From Planctomycetota bacterium (GTDB lineage Bacteria; Planctomycetota; UBA1135; UBA2386), in NCBI GenBank assembly GCA_049276695.1, contig JBASWX010000179.1, positions 1-62,637 on the forward strand: DNA of 62,637 nucleotides, read 5' to 3'. Made by a program: the position numbers and the translations under genes. The notes beneath the pieces are model-generated. The model was not told the DNA's origin, ran no database searches, and was given only the letters and a program-made list of their open reading frames with translations. Below are positions 53,294 to 62,297 of this stretch, piece after piece; position 1 is the first letter of the stretch, and each line of letters opens with the position of its first letter.

Positions 53294-55186
53294 TCAGTTG
53301 GAAGTGCGGTTCGTGAACACGCCGGCCGTCGCGCCGCGCAGGTCGATCCAACCGACGAACAGGTGCGCGCCGTCGACCGCGAGGCGCGGCAGGTCCTGCG
53401 CCGCAGCGCCGTTGCCGAAACCTGTCGCCGCCGGGAAGGTCGTTCCATTGTCGGTCGAGACCGCGTACTGGATCCGCGCCGCACCGGTGCCGACTTCGCC
53501 ATCGCGCCAGGCCACGAACTGGTAGTTGCCGGCGACGCGCAACTCGGGCGCCGCCGAGACCGCAGCGGTCGTGTCGAGATTCACCGTCGACACCGTGCTG
53601 CTGATCAGCAGCAGGCGCGCCGCCTTCACCGCGGTGCCGCCGACGAGATACGCGAACGCCACCTGCGTGTCGCTGCCGGCCATGCGCGGTTCGCTGACCG
53701 CGCCCGACTGCGCGCCCTGGATCTCGGTGATGGTCGAGTTCCAGGTGGCGCCGCGGTCGGTCGAGATGCGCAGCACCAGCGCGCCGGTCTGGACCCACGC
53801 GGCGAACACGCGGCCGAAGCTGGCGTCGAGCCGCACGTTCGAGACCGCAGTGCCCGGCGCGTCGAGGCGCTGGGCCGCAAGCCAGGTCGCGCCGCCGTCG
53901 GTCGTGCGCGCGACGAAGGCGCCGCGCGGCCCGGGCAGCCGGTCGTCTTCGCACAGCACCCACGCGAACTGGCCATCGCACGCGAGTTCGTGGTTGCGCT
54001 GGTTGGCGCCGCCGTCGGCGACGGCGACCGCCGTGTTCCAGCCGATGCCGCCGTTGGCCGAGACCGCGGCGAAGATGCGAGCGTTGCCAGCGCCTTCGCT
54101 GCCGGACGTCCACGCGGCGTAGCGGCGCAGCCCACTCTGCGCGAGTCGCGGCCGGCGCGCCGGTGTGATCGTGCCCGCCGGATCGAGCCGCTGGACCGGC
54201 AGGAACGTCACGCCGCCGTCCGTCGAGCGGCGCAGCAGCACCGACGTCAGGTCGCCGATCCACGCAACGCTGACCTCGCTGCCCGCCACCAGCAGCTGCG
54301 GTTCGGACGCGGCTTCCGGCCCGCTCAACGTCTGTGGCGCCGACCACGTCGCCCCGCGGTCGGTTGACACGCGGTGGATCACGTTGCTGCCCTCGAGCCA
54401 CACGCCGTGCGCGGTGTTGACGCTGCGCGCCACTTCGAACGAACTGGCGCCGCCAGCATCGATGCGCGCATCGGCGGCGAGCAGCACCGGCGGGAACGCG
54501 TGCATCGTGAACGCAGTGGCCGGCAGGCTGGCGGTGCCGAACAGCGTGCTGACGCCGACGATCGTCGGGCCGGGCGCCGCCGAGATCGGCGTGCTGGCGG
54601 TCAGCTTCGTGTCGTCGACGACGACCAGGTCCGCGGCCGCGAGGCCGCCGAACGCCAGCGTCGTGCTGGCAGTGCCACCGAGTTGCAACGCGCTGCCGGT
54701 GACCTCGACCTTCTGCGCGCGCGTCGCGAACGCGCTGCCCGGCGTGATGCCGGTGACCGTCGGTGGCCCCGAGCGCACGATCAGCAGGTCGATCGCGGCG
54801 GCCGCGCCGCGCGGGTCTTCGACCAGCAGCTGGGTGCCGACGGCGACCGGGGCGGCGACCGGCCCGATCTGCAGCGTGAACGCAGTGCCGCGCACCGGGC
54901 TGGTGAAGGTGAGGCCGGCGGCGGCCGCGCCCGCACCGTTCACCGCGAGTTGCCAGAGCAGCAGCGCTTCTTCCGCGTCGGTGGCAGCGAACACCAGCGT
55001 GCGGCTCTCCGCGATCGGCAAGGTCAGGCTGTAGCGCGGCGAAGTGCCCGCGAGGCCCGCGGGCACCTGCAGCACCGGCGGTTCGTTGGGCAGGAGCGGC
55101 GGGTCGCTCGAACCCTTCTTGGAGCTGCCGCCGCAAGCGGCGAGAGCCAGGAGGAACGCAACGGCGGGACGCGGGAGGCGGCGCAT
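53294..55186 (-). CDS. Lipoprotein with IPT/TIG-like domain and BNR/Asp-box (sialidase-like beta-propeller) repeats
   Basis: The internal ATG (55184-55186) gives 630 aa starting MRRLPRPAVAFLLALAACGG (lipobox). Five Asp-box motifs are present (SxDxGxTW/F): 'STDRGATWS', 'STDGGVTF', 'TTDGGATW', 'STDRGATW' and 'STDNGTTF'. The IPT-like segment is 'PTVTGITPGSAFATRAQKVEVTGSAL'. Confidence 0.8.
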   Translation of the reverse strand: MRRLPRPAVAFLLALAACGGSSKKGSSDPPLLPNEPPVLQVPAGLAGTSPRYSLTLPIAESRTLVFAATDAEEALLLWQLAVNGAGAAAAGLTFTSPVRGTAFTLQIGPVAAPVAVGTQLLVEDPRGAAAAIDLLIVRSGPPTVTGITPGSAFATRAQKVEVTGSALQLGGTASTTLAFGGLAAADLVVVDDTKLTASTPISAAPGPTIVGVSTLFGTASLPATAFTMHAFPPVLLAADARIDAGGASSFEVARSVNTAHGVWLEGSNVIHRVSTDRGATWSAPQTLSGPEAASEPQLLVAGSEVSVAWIGDLTSVLLRRSTDGGVTFLPVQRLDPAGTITPARRPRLAQSGLRRYAAWTSGSEGAGNARIFAAVSANGGIGWNTAVAVADGGANQRNHELACDGQFAWVLCEDDRLPGPRGAFVARTTDGGATWLAAQRLDAPGTAVSNVRLDASFGRVFAAWVQTGALVLRISTDRGATWNSTITEIQGAQSGAVSEPRMAGSDTQVAFAYLVGGTAVKAARLLLISSTVSTVNLDTTAAVSAAPELRVAGNYQFVAWRDGEVGTGAARIQYAVSTDNGTTFPAATGFGNGAAAQDLPRLAVDGAHLFVGWIDLRGATAGVFTNRTSN

Positions 55187-55335
55187 GAGGCAGGGGGAAT
55201 AGCGGCTCCGGAGCGGCGGGTCACAACCCGGATGGCGGGCCGCGCATGCTATCCGAACCCAGGCACGACCGACCACGCGTCGCGGGGGGAGCGTGCGGAC
55301 CATCCGGCTGGGCGAAGCGGGACCGCGCCGCTCCA

Positions 55336-56718
55336 ATGCGCGCCCCCATGCCGCCCCGTGCCGGAGCGCTCGCCGCCATCGAAGACATCGCCATCGCGCC
55401 GCCGCCCGTCGCCGTCGCGGTCCTGGCGGTCGCGTTGGTCGCAGTGCTGGCGCGCGAACTGCGGCACGTGCCGAAGAACCTGCTGGTGCTGATGGCGGCC
55501 GCGTTCCTCGACATGGTCGGCCTGTTCGTGGTGGTGCCGATCCTGCCGTTCTACGTGCAGACGCTGGCGGCGAACGGCGGCACGTTGTTCGGGCTGCAGC
55601 TCGACGAGGGCAAGCTGACCGGCCTCGTCGTCGCCGCGTTCACCGCGGCACAGCTGGTCAGCGCGCCGTTCTGGGGCCGGCTGTCGGACAGCGCCGGCCG
55701 GCGACCGGTGCTGCTGATCGCGCTGCTGGCGTCGGCGGCGGCGTTCCTGCTGTTCGGCTTCGCCGAGTCGCTGTGGCTGCTGATGCTGTCGCGGCTGGTG
55801 CAGGGTGCGGGCGGCGGCACGGTCGGCGTGATCCAGGCCTACGTCGCCGACACGGTGCCGCCCGAACAGCGCGCGCGTGCCCTCGGCTGGCTGTCGGCGG
55901 CGACCAACCTCGGCGTCGCACTCGGCCCGGTGCTCGGCTCGGCGACGATCGCACTCGGTGCTCTCGACGTGTGGCCGGCGGACGGCGCGCAGACGCTGGG
56001 ACGGGCCGCGCCCGGCGTCGTCGCCGCGCTGCTGTGCCTGCTCAACGTGCTGTTCGCGTTCCTCTGGCTGCCCGAACCGGCCCGGCACACGGCGAAGAAG
56101 GGACCGCCGGGCTCACCGTTCGCCGCGGCCGGCCGCGTGCTGGCGCACCCGGGCCAGCCGGCATCACGGCTCCTGCTGGTCTACGCAATCGCGATCGGCG
56201 CCGCGCAAGGCGTCAACCCGGTGTTGGTGTTGTTCCTCGGCGCGCGCTTCGGCGTCACCGAGCACACGATCGGCAGCTACTTCCTGTACATCGGTGCCTT
56301 GTCGGTGTTCGCGCGCGTGCTGGTGCTCGGGCGCCTCGTCGACCGGCTCGGCGAAGCGCGGCTGTCGCGCGTCGGCCTGACCACGCTGGCGTGCGGGCTC
56401 GCCGCGCTGCCGTTCACCGCGTCGCTGAGCACACTGGCGCTGGCGACCGCGCTGCTGCCGGTCGGCATGGCGCTGACGTTCCCGTGCGTGACGGCGCTGC
56501 TGTCGAAGGTCGTGCCCGCGAGCGAACGTGGCATGTACATGGGCCTGCAGCAGACCTTCGGTGGCGTGGCGCGGCTGCTCGCACCGGTCGCCTACGGTGT
56601 TGCCTGGGACGAACTGTCGCTCGGCGCCCCGTTCTGGCTGGCGGCCGGCTTCGTCGCCGCGACGCTGCTGCTCGCCCGCGGCATCGTCACGCCGCCCCGC
56701 ACGCCGCCGCCGGGTTGA
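55336..56718 (+). CDS. MFS transporter
   Basis: About 12 hydrophobic segments. MFS motif A is 'GRLSDSAGRRPVLL'. The start is taken at ATG 55336 (MRAPMPPRAG...); the listed ORF begins at 55246, so the true start is uncertain. Confidence 0.8.
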   Translation: MRAPMPPRAGALAAIEDIAIAPPPVAVAVLAVALVAVLARELRHVPKNLLVLMAAAFLDMVGLFVVVPILPFYVQTLAANGGTLFGLQLDEGKLTGLVVAAFTAAQLVSAPFWGRLSDSAGRRPVLLIALLASAAAFLLFGFAESLWLLMLSRLVQGAGGGTVGVIQAYVADTVPPEQRARALGWLSAATNLGVALGPVLGSATIALGALDVWPADGAQTLGRAAPGVVAALLCLLNVLFAFLWLPEPARHTAKKGPPGSPFAAAGRVLAHPGQPASRLLLVYAIAIGAAQGVNPVLVLFLGARFGVTEHTIGSYFLYIGALSVFARVLVLGRLVDRLGEARLSRVGLTTLACGLAALPFTASLSTLALATALLPVGMALTFPCVTALLSKVVPASERGMYMGLQQTFGGVARLLAPVAYGVAWDELSLGAPFWLAAGFVAATLLLARGIVTPPRTPPPG

Positions 56719-56721
56719 CCG

Positions 56722-58122
56722 TCAGCGCTTGCCGCCCGCAGCGGACTCCAGCCGCAGCTTGTCGATCCACACGACGCAGTCGTTGACGCCGAACGACCAC
56801 CAGCCGCGCATCAACCGCGCCCCCTGGTCCCACGTGCCGACGACCTGCCCGTCGACCACGACGCGGATCTGCTTGCCGACCTCGACCGTCGCGTCGAAGC
56901 GCTTGCGCGGGAAGATCGGCGCCTTGCCCTCGGCCAGCTTCTGCCAGTCGTTGCCGGGCTTCCACATCTCGATGCGCCACTTCCCGACGCCGAAGAAGCA
57001 GCCGATCATGCTGTCCTCGGTCCAGTCGAGCTGGATGCGGAACGAGTCCTCGCCGCAGGGCAGGATCTCGAAGTTGCCGGTCACGCGATAGTCGCCCTGC
57101 GCCGGCGGCTTGCCGATCGCCTGGATCTGCATCGACTCGGCGGCGGTGCCGACGGTGAGCAGACGCTGCTCGCGCAGCCCCGCCATCGGCGCCGTCTCGC
57201 GCCACTGCGGCCGGATCGTCTGGCAGTGCTTGGTGAACGCGGACTCGTTCTTCAACCAGTCGGAACCGAACGCCTTCTCGGTCGCGTGGCCGCGGATCTC
57301 GCCGCGCGTGGTGACCTTCTTGCCCGGCTTGGTGAACAGCTTCTTCGCCCAGCCCTTGCCGGTCATCGCCAGCATGCGCGCAATCATGCACTTCGCCCCC
57401 TCGTCGTCGTCGTATTCGGCGCGCGTCGTGCCGGAGTCGAAGTCCATGATCATCGGCTGCAGCAGCACGTCCTGCCGCGATTCGAGCTTGTGCCAGAGCT
57501 TGTAGCGGCGCGTGTCGTAGGCCGGATCGAGGCCGAACTGGTGCGTCGGGTTGACGACCGCCTCGAGCACCGCCCAGCCGAACACTTCGTACAACCACGG
57601 ATCGGTGGCGACGAACGGAGCGTGCTGCGCGGCGACGAGCTGGGCGGCGCGCGCGATCAGCGCTTGCCGCGTCGGTTCGGGCAGGCCGACGATCTCGGTC
57701 GCCTTCGCCGACAGGATCGGCCACAGCAGCAGGTGCGCCTCACCGGCCGCGTAGTCCGCGAACGACTCGATCGGGATCTTGGCGCCGGTCGCCGCCAGCT
57801 TCTCCTTCTCGCGGAACACCGGCTCGTCGGCCCAGACGTGCAGCACCAGCGGCTTCGCCGGCTTGCAGCCGAGCAGCTCGTCGATCACCGGCCACGCAGC
57901 CTCGGCACTCTTCTGCGCCTCGTCGGCCATGCGTGCAGCGACCGCCGGCCACACCTTGGTGCCCGCGTGCAGGTGCACCGCGAAGTGCGCACCGGCGCGC
58001 ACCACCGGATCCTGCGCGCGCACCGTGGCGCCGGCCACCAACGCGCACCACGCACCCACCGGAACGATCGCTGCCACCACTGCCGACGACCTGGTTCCCA
58101 TCGCGGCCATGCTACGCCGCAC
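56722..58122 (-). CDS. Secreted protein, unknown function (C-terminal jelly-roll/DUF1080-like region possible)
   Basis: 466 aa (GTG at 58122; ATG alternatives at 58110 and 58101). The signal-like segment is 'SSAVVAAIVPVGAWCALVAGATVRAQ'. The composition is W/K/E/F-rich. The C-terminal 'FRIQLDW...GVGKWRIEMWKPG...WSFGVNDCVVWIDKLRLE' is beta-sandwich-like. Confidence 0.7.
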   Translation of the reverse strand: MRRSMAAMGTRSSAVVAAIVPVGAWCALVAGATVRAQDPVVRAGAHFAVHLHAGTKVWPAVAARMADEAQKSAEAAWPVIDELLGCKPAKPLVLHVWADEPVFREKEKLAATGAKIPIESFADYAAGEAHLLLWPILSAKATEIVGLPEPTRQALIARAAQLVAAQHAPFVATDPWLYEVFGWAVLEAVVNPTHQFGLDPAYDTRRYKLWHKLESRQDVLLQPMIMDFDSGTTRAEYDDDEGAKCMIARMLAMTGKGWAKKLFTKPGKKVTTRGEIRGHATEKAFGSDWLKNESAFTKHCQTIRPQWRETAPMAGLREQRLLTVGTAAESMQIQAIGKPPAQGDYRVTGNFEILPCGEDSFRIQLDWTEDSMIGCFFGVGKWRIEMWKPGNDWQKLAEGKAPIFPRKRFDATVEVGKQIRVVVDGQVVGTWDQGARLMRGWWSFGVNDCVVWIDKLRLESAAGGKR

Positions 58123-58214
58123 CGCGCATCGTTGCAGGTTCCTTACCGGCCCGCCGCCGGTCGGGGCGGCGCACTGCGGCTAGATTCCCGGCTCTCCTGC
58201 TCCCCCGAGTCCCC

Positions 58215-59186
58215 ATGAAGTTCGACTATCTGTTCGCCTCCCTGCTGCTGGCGATGCCGGCAGCCGCGCAAGAACGCGCGACCGTCGGCGCGAAGATCCC
58301 CGACGCGACCTTCCAGTTCCTGAACGGCGACGGCCGGACCAGCCTGTCCGACTTCTTCGGCCAGCCGGTCATGATCGACATCTGGGGCACGCATTGAGGC
58401 CCGTGCATTGGCAGCTCCGTGCCGAGCGCCATCAAACACGATCACGAGAAGTCCAGCCGCGGCCTGGTGTCGCTGCTCGTCGAGGCGCAGGGCGCCGACG
58501 CGGCGACGCTCGAGGCCTTCCTGTGGAAGACCTTCCCTGACAACGACTGCTTCGTCTGCCCCAACGTGTTCGTGCCGATCCCCGAGTCGCGCGGCATCCC
58601 GCACGGCGGCCTGGTCGGCGTCGACGGCACGCTGCTGTGGGCCGGCCACCCGGTCGGCGACGCCAAGAAGATCGAGGAACTGATCGAAGCCGAGCTGGCC
58701 AAGGTCAAGAAGGGCTGGGGCGACACCGCCGAGGTCCGCAAGATGCGCGCGGCGCTGTACGGCAAGGGCGACTTCGCCGGCGCCGCCGCCGCGATCGCGA
58801 CGCTGCCCGATGGTGAGCACAAGGCCACGCTGCAGGGCGAGATCGACAAGCGCTACGGCATCGCCAAGAAGTCGGTCACGGCGCTGCAGGAACAGGGCCG
58901 CTTCCTCGCCGCGCAGGCCGCCGCCAAGTCGCTGCTGAAGGGCGTCGGCACCAAGGCCGAATGGGTCACCGAGGTGACGCCGATCGTCACGTCGTTCGAC
59001 ACCGGCTCCGGCGCCGCCGAGATCGCGCTCGACAAGAAGCTCGACAAGGTCATCAAGCAGCTGCGCGACGGCAAGGGCGACGGGGCGCCCAAGCAGCTCC
59101 AGGCGATCATCAAGAGCGGGCAGGGAACGAAGGTCGGGGCTCGCGCGGAGCGCACGCTCACGGCCCTCAACACCCCTGTCAAGTAG
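58215..59186 (+). CDS. Candidate selenoprotein: secreted thioredoxin-fold (TlpA/redoxin-like) protein with a U-G-P-C redox motif and a helical C-terminal extension. TGA 58395-58397 would be read as Sec.
   Basis: The ATG at 58215 gives MKFDYLFASLLLAMPAAAQERATVGAKIPDATFQFLNGDGRTSLSDFFGQPVMIDIWGTH-[TGA]-GPCIGSSVPSAIKHDHEK... The downstream ORF 58419..59186 is in the same frame (24 nt after the TGA). The motif context equals 'FWatWCgPC' of TlpA/thioredoxin-like proteins, with TGA at the first Cys. 'GIPHGGLVGVDGTLLW' fits the cis-Pro loop region. Confidence 0.6.
58409..58431 (+). promoter_or_regulatory. SECIS-like hairpin downstream of the in-frame UGA
   Basis: U-GGC-A-GCUC [CGUGCC] GAGC-GCC-A forms 8 bp with one bulged A and a 6-nt loop containing GU. 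The stem starts 11-12 nt after the UGA and the loop lies about 21-26 nt after it, which is the range described for bacterial SECIS elements. Confidence 0.45.
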
Positions 59187-59305
59187 GACGACCCGCAAGC
59201 AGCCGGCCGGCGCGCCAGGCCGCGCCGGCGGCTGATGCGTCGCATCCGTTGTGGGCTGGGTGCTTCGTGGACCCGACGATACGTCAGAACCTGAGGAAGA
59301 CCTGG

Positions 59306-59974
59306 ATGAGCCCCTGCCGATCGTCCCGGCGACTCGGGCACCATGTGCTCCGGTCGTTTCCTGTTGTCTTGGTCGCTTGCAGCGCTGCCGCGACAGGCGA
59401 ACCCGTGCACGCCGTCGAACCTTGGTCAGCTGGCTACGTCGCGCCGCGCTCGCTCGAGACCGAACGAGTGCACCTGGAACCGCTTGCCCCCGAGCACACC
59501 AGCCTCGATTACGCCGCCCTGATGGGCAGCCGCGAGCATCTGCGCCGGACGCTGCAATGGGGTTCGTGGCCGCGACCCGACATGACGCTCGATGACAACC
59601 GCCGCGACCTCGAGCGGCACTACCAGCTGTTCCAGGAAAACAAGCAGTACAGCTACACGGTCCAGGATCGCACCCGCGCCAAGTGCGTCGGCTGCATCTA
59701 CTTCGACCCCCCTGAGAATCAGGTCGCCAACCCGACCGCGCAACTCGCGTACTGGGTGATCGAGAGCGAACTCGCTGCCGGACTCGACCGCCACCTGCTG
59801 GAGTCGACCTTGGCGTGGGTGCGCCGCGATTGGCCGTTCACCACAGTTGTGGTCCCCGTCCACGGTTCGAATACACGGGGGATCGCGTTGGCGCGCGATC
59901 TCGGCCTCGACGAGCTGGCGCCGAGCGAGGAATACGGGAAGCACGGCTACCGCGCGTTCGCCTGGCATCGGTGA
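59306..59974 (+). CDS. GNAT-family N-acetyltransferase (RimJ/RimL-like)
   Basis: The internal ATG at 59306 gives 222 aa. 'ERVHLEPLAPEHTSLDYAALMGS', '...YSYTVQDRTRAKCVGCIYF...QLAYWV' and 'VPVHGSNTRGIALARDLGL' fit the acetyltransferase fold layout. The N-terminal signal-like segment 'VLRSFPVVLVACSAAA' is unusual for this family. Confidence 0.6.
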   Translation: MSPCRSSRRLGHHVLRSFPVVLVACSAAATGEPVHAVEPWSAGYVAPRSLETERVHLEPLAPEHTSLDYAALMGSREHLRRTLQWGSWPRPDMTLDDNRRDLERHYQLFQENKQYSYTVQDRTRAKCVGCIYFDPPENQVANPTAQLAYWVIESELAAGLDRHLLESTLAWVRRDWPFTTVVVPVHGSNTRGIALARDLGLDELAPSEEYGKHGYRAFAWHR

Positions 59975-60133
59975 TCGGTCGCGCTGCCAGGAGCATCAGA
60001 GCCCGGCGTCGGCACTGGTGGCGTACCACGGGTTGCCCAGGCCGACGCAGCGCGAGCACCAGGGCCATCGCCCGCGGCTCGTCGATGAGACTGCCCAACG
60101 AGCCGCAGGGTCCGTGAAGATCGGCCTGCCCGA

Positions 60134-61777
60134 TCAGCGGAAGGTGATCGGGCGCGGCGCGAAGTCCTGCGGGCCGAACGGTTCGCCGTGCCCGGCGGCA
60201 ACGCCGTCGACCGTCGCCGAAGTTGTCGCGGCTCGCACCAGTTCGAGAGCGAGGACTGCCGCCAGCAGCGCGACGCCGATGCGGCTGCGCGTCGACGCTG
60301 CAACCTGACGCGGGGCGAGCTTGGCGAGCAGCGCAGCGACGCCGAGTGCCAGCACCGGCAGGCACAGGGCGCCGTGGCGGGCGTAGCCGAAGTACACGAG
60401 CACGATCAGCAGCTTGGTCGCGGCGAACGCGAACAACGGCCATAAGGCGCGTTCGCGGCGCAGGTGCCACAGACCGGTTGCGGCGGCGGCGAGCAGGACC
60501 AGGCGCCAGAGCGCCGGCCACGTGCCGGTCGCGGTGACGAGGTCGACCTGGCGGCGTTCGCCGGAGAGTCCGATCGGCAGCGCGTAGCCGCCGATCGTCG
60601 GCGTCGCGCCCTGCAGCGCGTGCCACAGCTTCTTGGCGCAGCGCACGGCGGCCGCGAGCGGGTCGGCTGTGAGTTCGCCGAAGCCCCGCGCGGTGCCGCG
60701 CACGACGGCGTCGAGGTGCGGCGGATAGCTGAGCCTGATGTCCCCGCCTTGCGGCAGCACGCGGCGCAGTCCGGGCGGGTAACGCCCGTCGCCGCCGGCG
60801 AGCGGCGGCGGCCGGTCGAGTGCCTTCGCCGAGAAGCCGCCGTCGGCCTCCGGCGTGTTGGCGAGGAAGAAGTTGAGGCCGCCGTAGATCGCGATCAGGC
60901 CGGGGCGCAGCGGTTCGGGCCAGCAGCCGTAGGCCTCGCGCACGACGTCGAGGTCGGTGGCGGCGACGACGCGGGCGCCGCGAACACGCATCGTGTCGGT
61001 GACGAAGCCGTAGACCGGACCCTGCTGGAACGACGGCAGCGTGCGCAAGCGCGCCAGCGCCGCGGCGTCCCACGGCAACGGTGCCGGCGCCAGCTCGGGC
61101 GCGCCCTGGTTGTAGGCGGCGACGACACCGTTCGCGTGCCATTGCCACGGTGCGATCACCGCAGCGGTGGCCGCGGTCGCGAGCGCCAGGGTGCGCCACG
61201 TCGACCCGGTCCACCGCGCCACGACGAGCAGGGCCGCGACGGTCAGCACGTGCTCGGCGCGCAGCAGGCACAGCAAGCCGTGCAGCAGGCCGAAGCGCAG
61301 TGCCGGAGCGGTCGCCGAAGCACGGGCGAGTTGCGGCTGTTCGATCAGCGCGACCAACACGCCGACCAGGTAGACGAGCTCGACGTGCACGCCGCTGCCG
61401 AGCAGCAGCAGGTTGCCGGCGGTAGCGCACAGGCCGGCGGTCAGCAGTGCGGTGTTCGCGGCGACCGCGCGCCGCAGCAACAGCCAGATGAGCGGTGCGA
61501 CGCTCGCACCGAGCACCGCGAACAGGATGCGCAGCGGCAGCGCGTGCGCCGGGTTGCCGTCCCACAGCAGCGTCACCAGCCACTGCATGCCCGGCGGACG
61601 CAGCGGCAGCCGCAGTTCGTCGGTAACGGCACCCTGCGCGACCTTCTGGGCCAGCTCCTGCCACACCGGCGCATCGCCCTGGTAGCCGATGTGCCACGCC
61701 AGCCCGCCGTCCGGCCCCGCGAACACGAACACGAGCTGCAGCAGCAGGCCGAAGGCGAACAGGACCAGTGCGGGCAC
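60134..61777 (-). CDS. Polytopic membrane protein, possibly GT-C-type (ArnT/PMT-like) glycosyltransferase
   Basis: GTG start, 547 aa, with many hydrophobic helices in the N-terminal half, a soluble loop in the middle and C-terminal TM helices. The assignment to GT-C rests on architecture only. Confidence 0.5.
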   Translation of the reverse strand: MPALVLFAFGLLLQLVFVFAGPDGGLAWHIGYQGDAPVWQELAQKVAQGAVTDELRLPLRPPGMQWLVTLLWDGNPAHALPLRILFAVLGASVAPLIWLLLRRAVAANTALLTAGLCATAGNLLLLGSGVHVELVYLVGVLVALIEQPQLARASATAPALRFGLLHGLLCLLRAEHVLTVAALLVVARWTGSTWRTLALATAATAAVIAPWQWHANGVVAAYNQGAPELAPAPLPWDAAALARLRTLPSFQQGPVYGFVTDTMRVRGARVVAATDLDVVREAYGCWPEPLRPGLIAIYGGLNFFLANTPEADGGFSAKALDRPPPLAGGDGRYPPGLRRVLPQGGDIRLSYPPHLDAVVRGTARGFGELTADPLAAAVRCAKKLWHALQGATPTIGGYALPIGLSGERRQVDLVTATGTWPALWRLVLLAAAATGLWHLRRERALWPLFAFAATKLLIVLVYFGYARHGALCLPVLALGVAALLAKLAPRQVAASTRSRIGVALLAAVLALELVRAATTSATVDGVAAGHGEPFGPQDFAPRPITFR

Positions 61778-61857
61778 CGCGCGATCCTACGGGCCGAACG
61801 CGGCATGGCGCCACGCCGCCCCGGAACGACGCGGGCGCGGTAGCGTATCCCCGCGCC

Positions 61858-62259
61858 ATGCCGCTCCGCCGCCGACCCGCACCGCGTTCCTGGTTCGCCC
61901 GCAACCACGAGCTGCTGGTGCTCGGCGTGCTGATGCTGCCGTGGCTGCACTGGTCGCTGAAGCCGCCGAAGTCCTGAATCGAGGACGACCTCTACACCAC
62001 CCGGGCGGTGGCGGACGTCGGCTGGCTGGCGCTCGCGGCCGGCGAGTTCGAACGCGCGCACGGCCGCTGGCCCAGCCACGACGAGTTGCTGGCGAACGAC
62101 CCGACGCTGGCGCGGCAGGATCGCTGGCGGCACCCGTTCCGCTTCGAGGTCACCCCGCACGGCTTCGTCGTCACCACCGCCGGCATCGACGGTGAGTTCG
62201 GTACTTGCGACGACATCGCCAGCGACCCGGTGCCGCCTTCCGCCGCTTCCGACCGCTGA
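61858..62259 (+). pseudogene. Decayed GspG/pseudopilin-like gene with an in-frame TGA
   Basis: ATG 61858 gives MPLRRRPAPRSWFARNHELLVLGVLMLPWLHWSLKPPKS-[TGA 61975-61977]-IEDDLYTTRAVADVGWLALAAGEFERAHGRWPSHDELLANDP...RWRHPFRFEVTPHGFVVTTAGIDGEFGTCDDIASD in one frame. The tail matches the T2SS GspG C-terminal pattern ('DPWGxxYxY...S.G.DGxxGTxDDI'). The N-terminus keeps only 'F....ELLV' of the prepilin 'GFTLIELLVV' motif. Confidence 0.45.
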
Positions 62260-62297
62260 CCCTGGGCAGAGCCTCGCGGCCCCGCGATGCTGCCGGC

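Noticed and set aside
51530-53300. Integrated mobile element at tRNA-Val
   Set aside because: No integrase or recombinase is present, no direct repeat of the tRNA 3' end is visible downstream, and there is only one cargo-like gene. It is kept as a low-to-moderate interest finding but is not annotated as a mobile element.
61975-61977. In-frame TGA in the GspG-like gene as a second selenocysteine codon
   Set aside because: The context (KPPKS-U-IEDD) is not a redox motif, the position lies in a linker after the TM helix, and I see no convincing hairpin at the right distance. A nonsense mutation or pseudogene is the simpler explanation.
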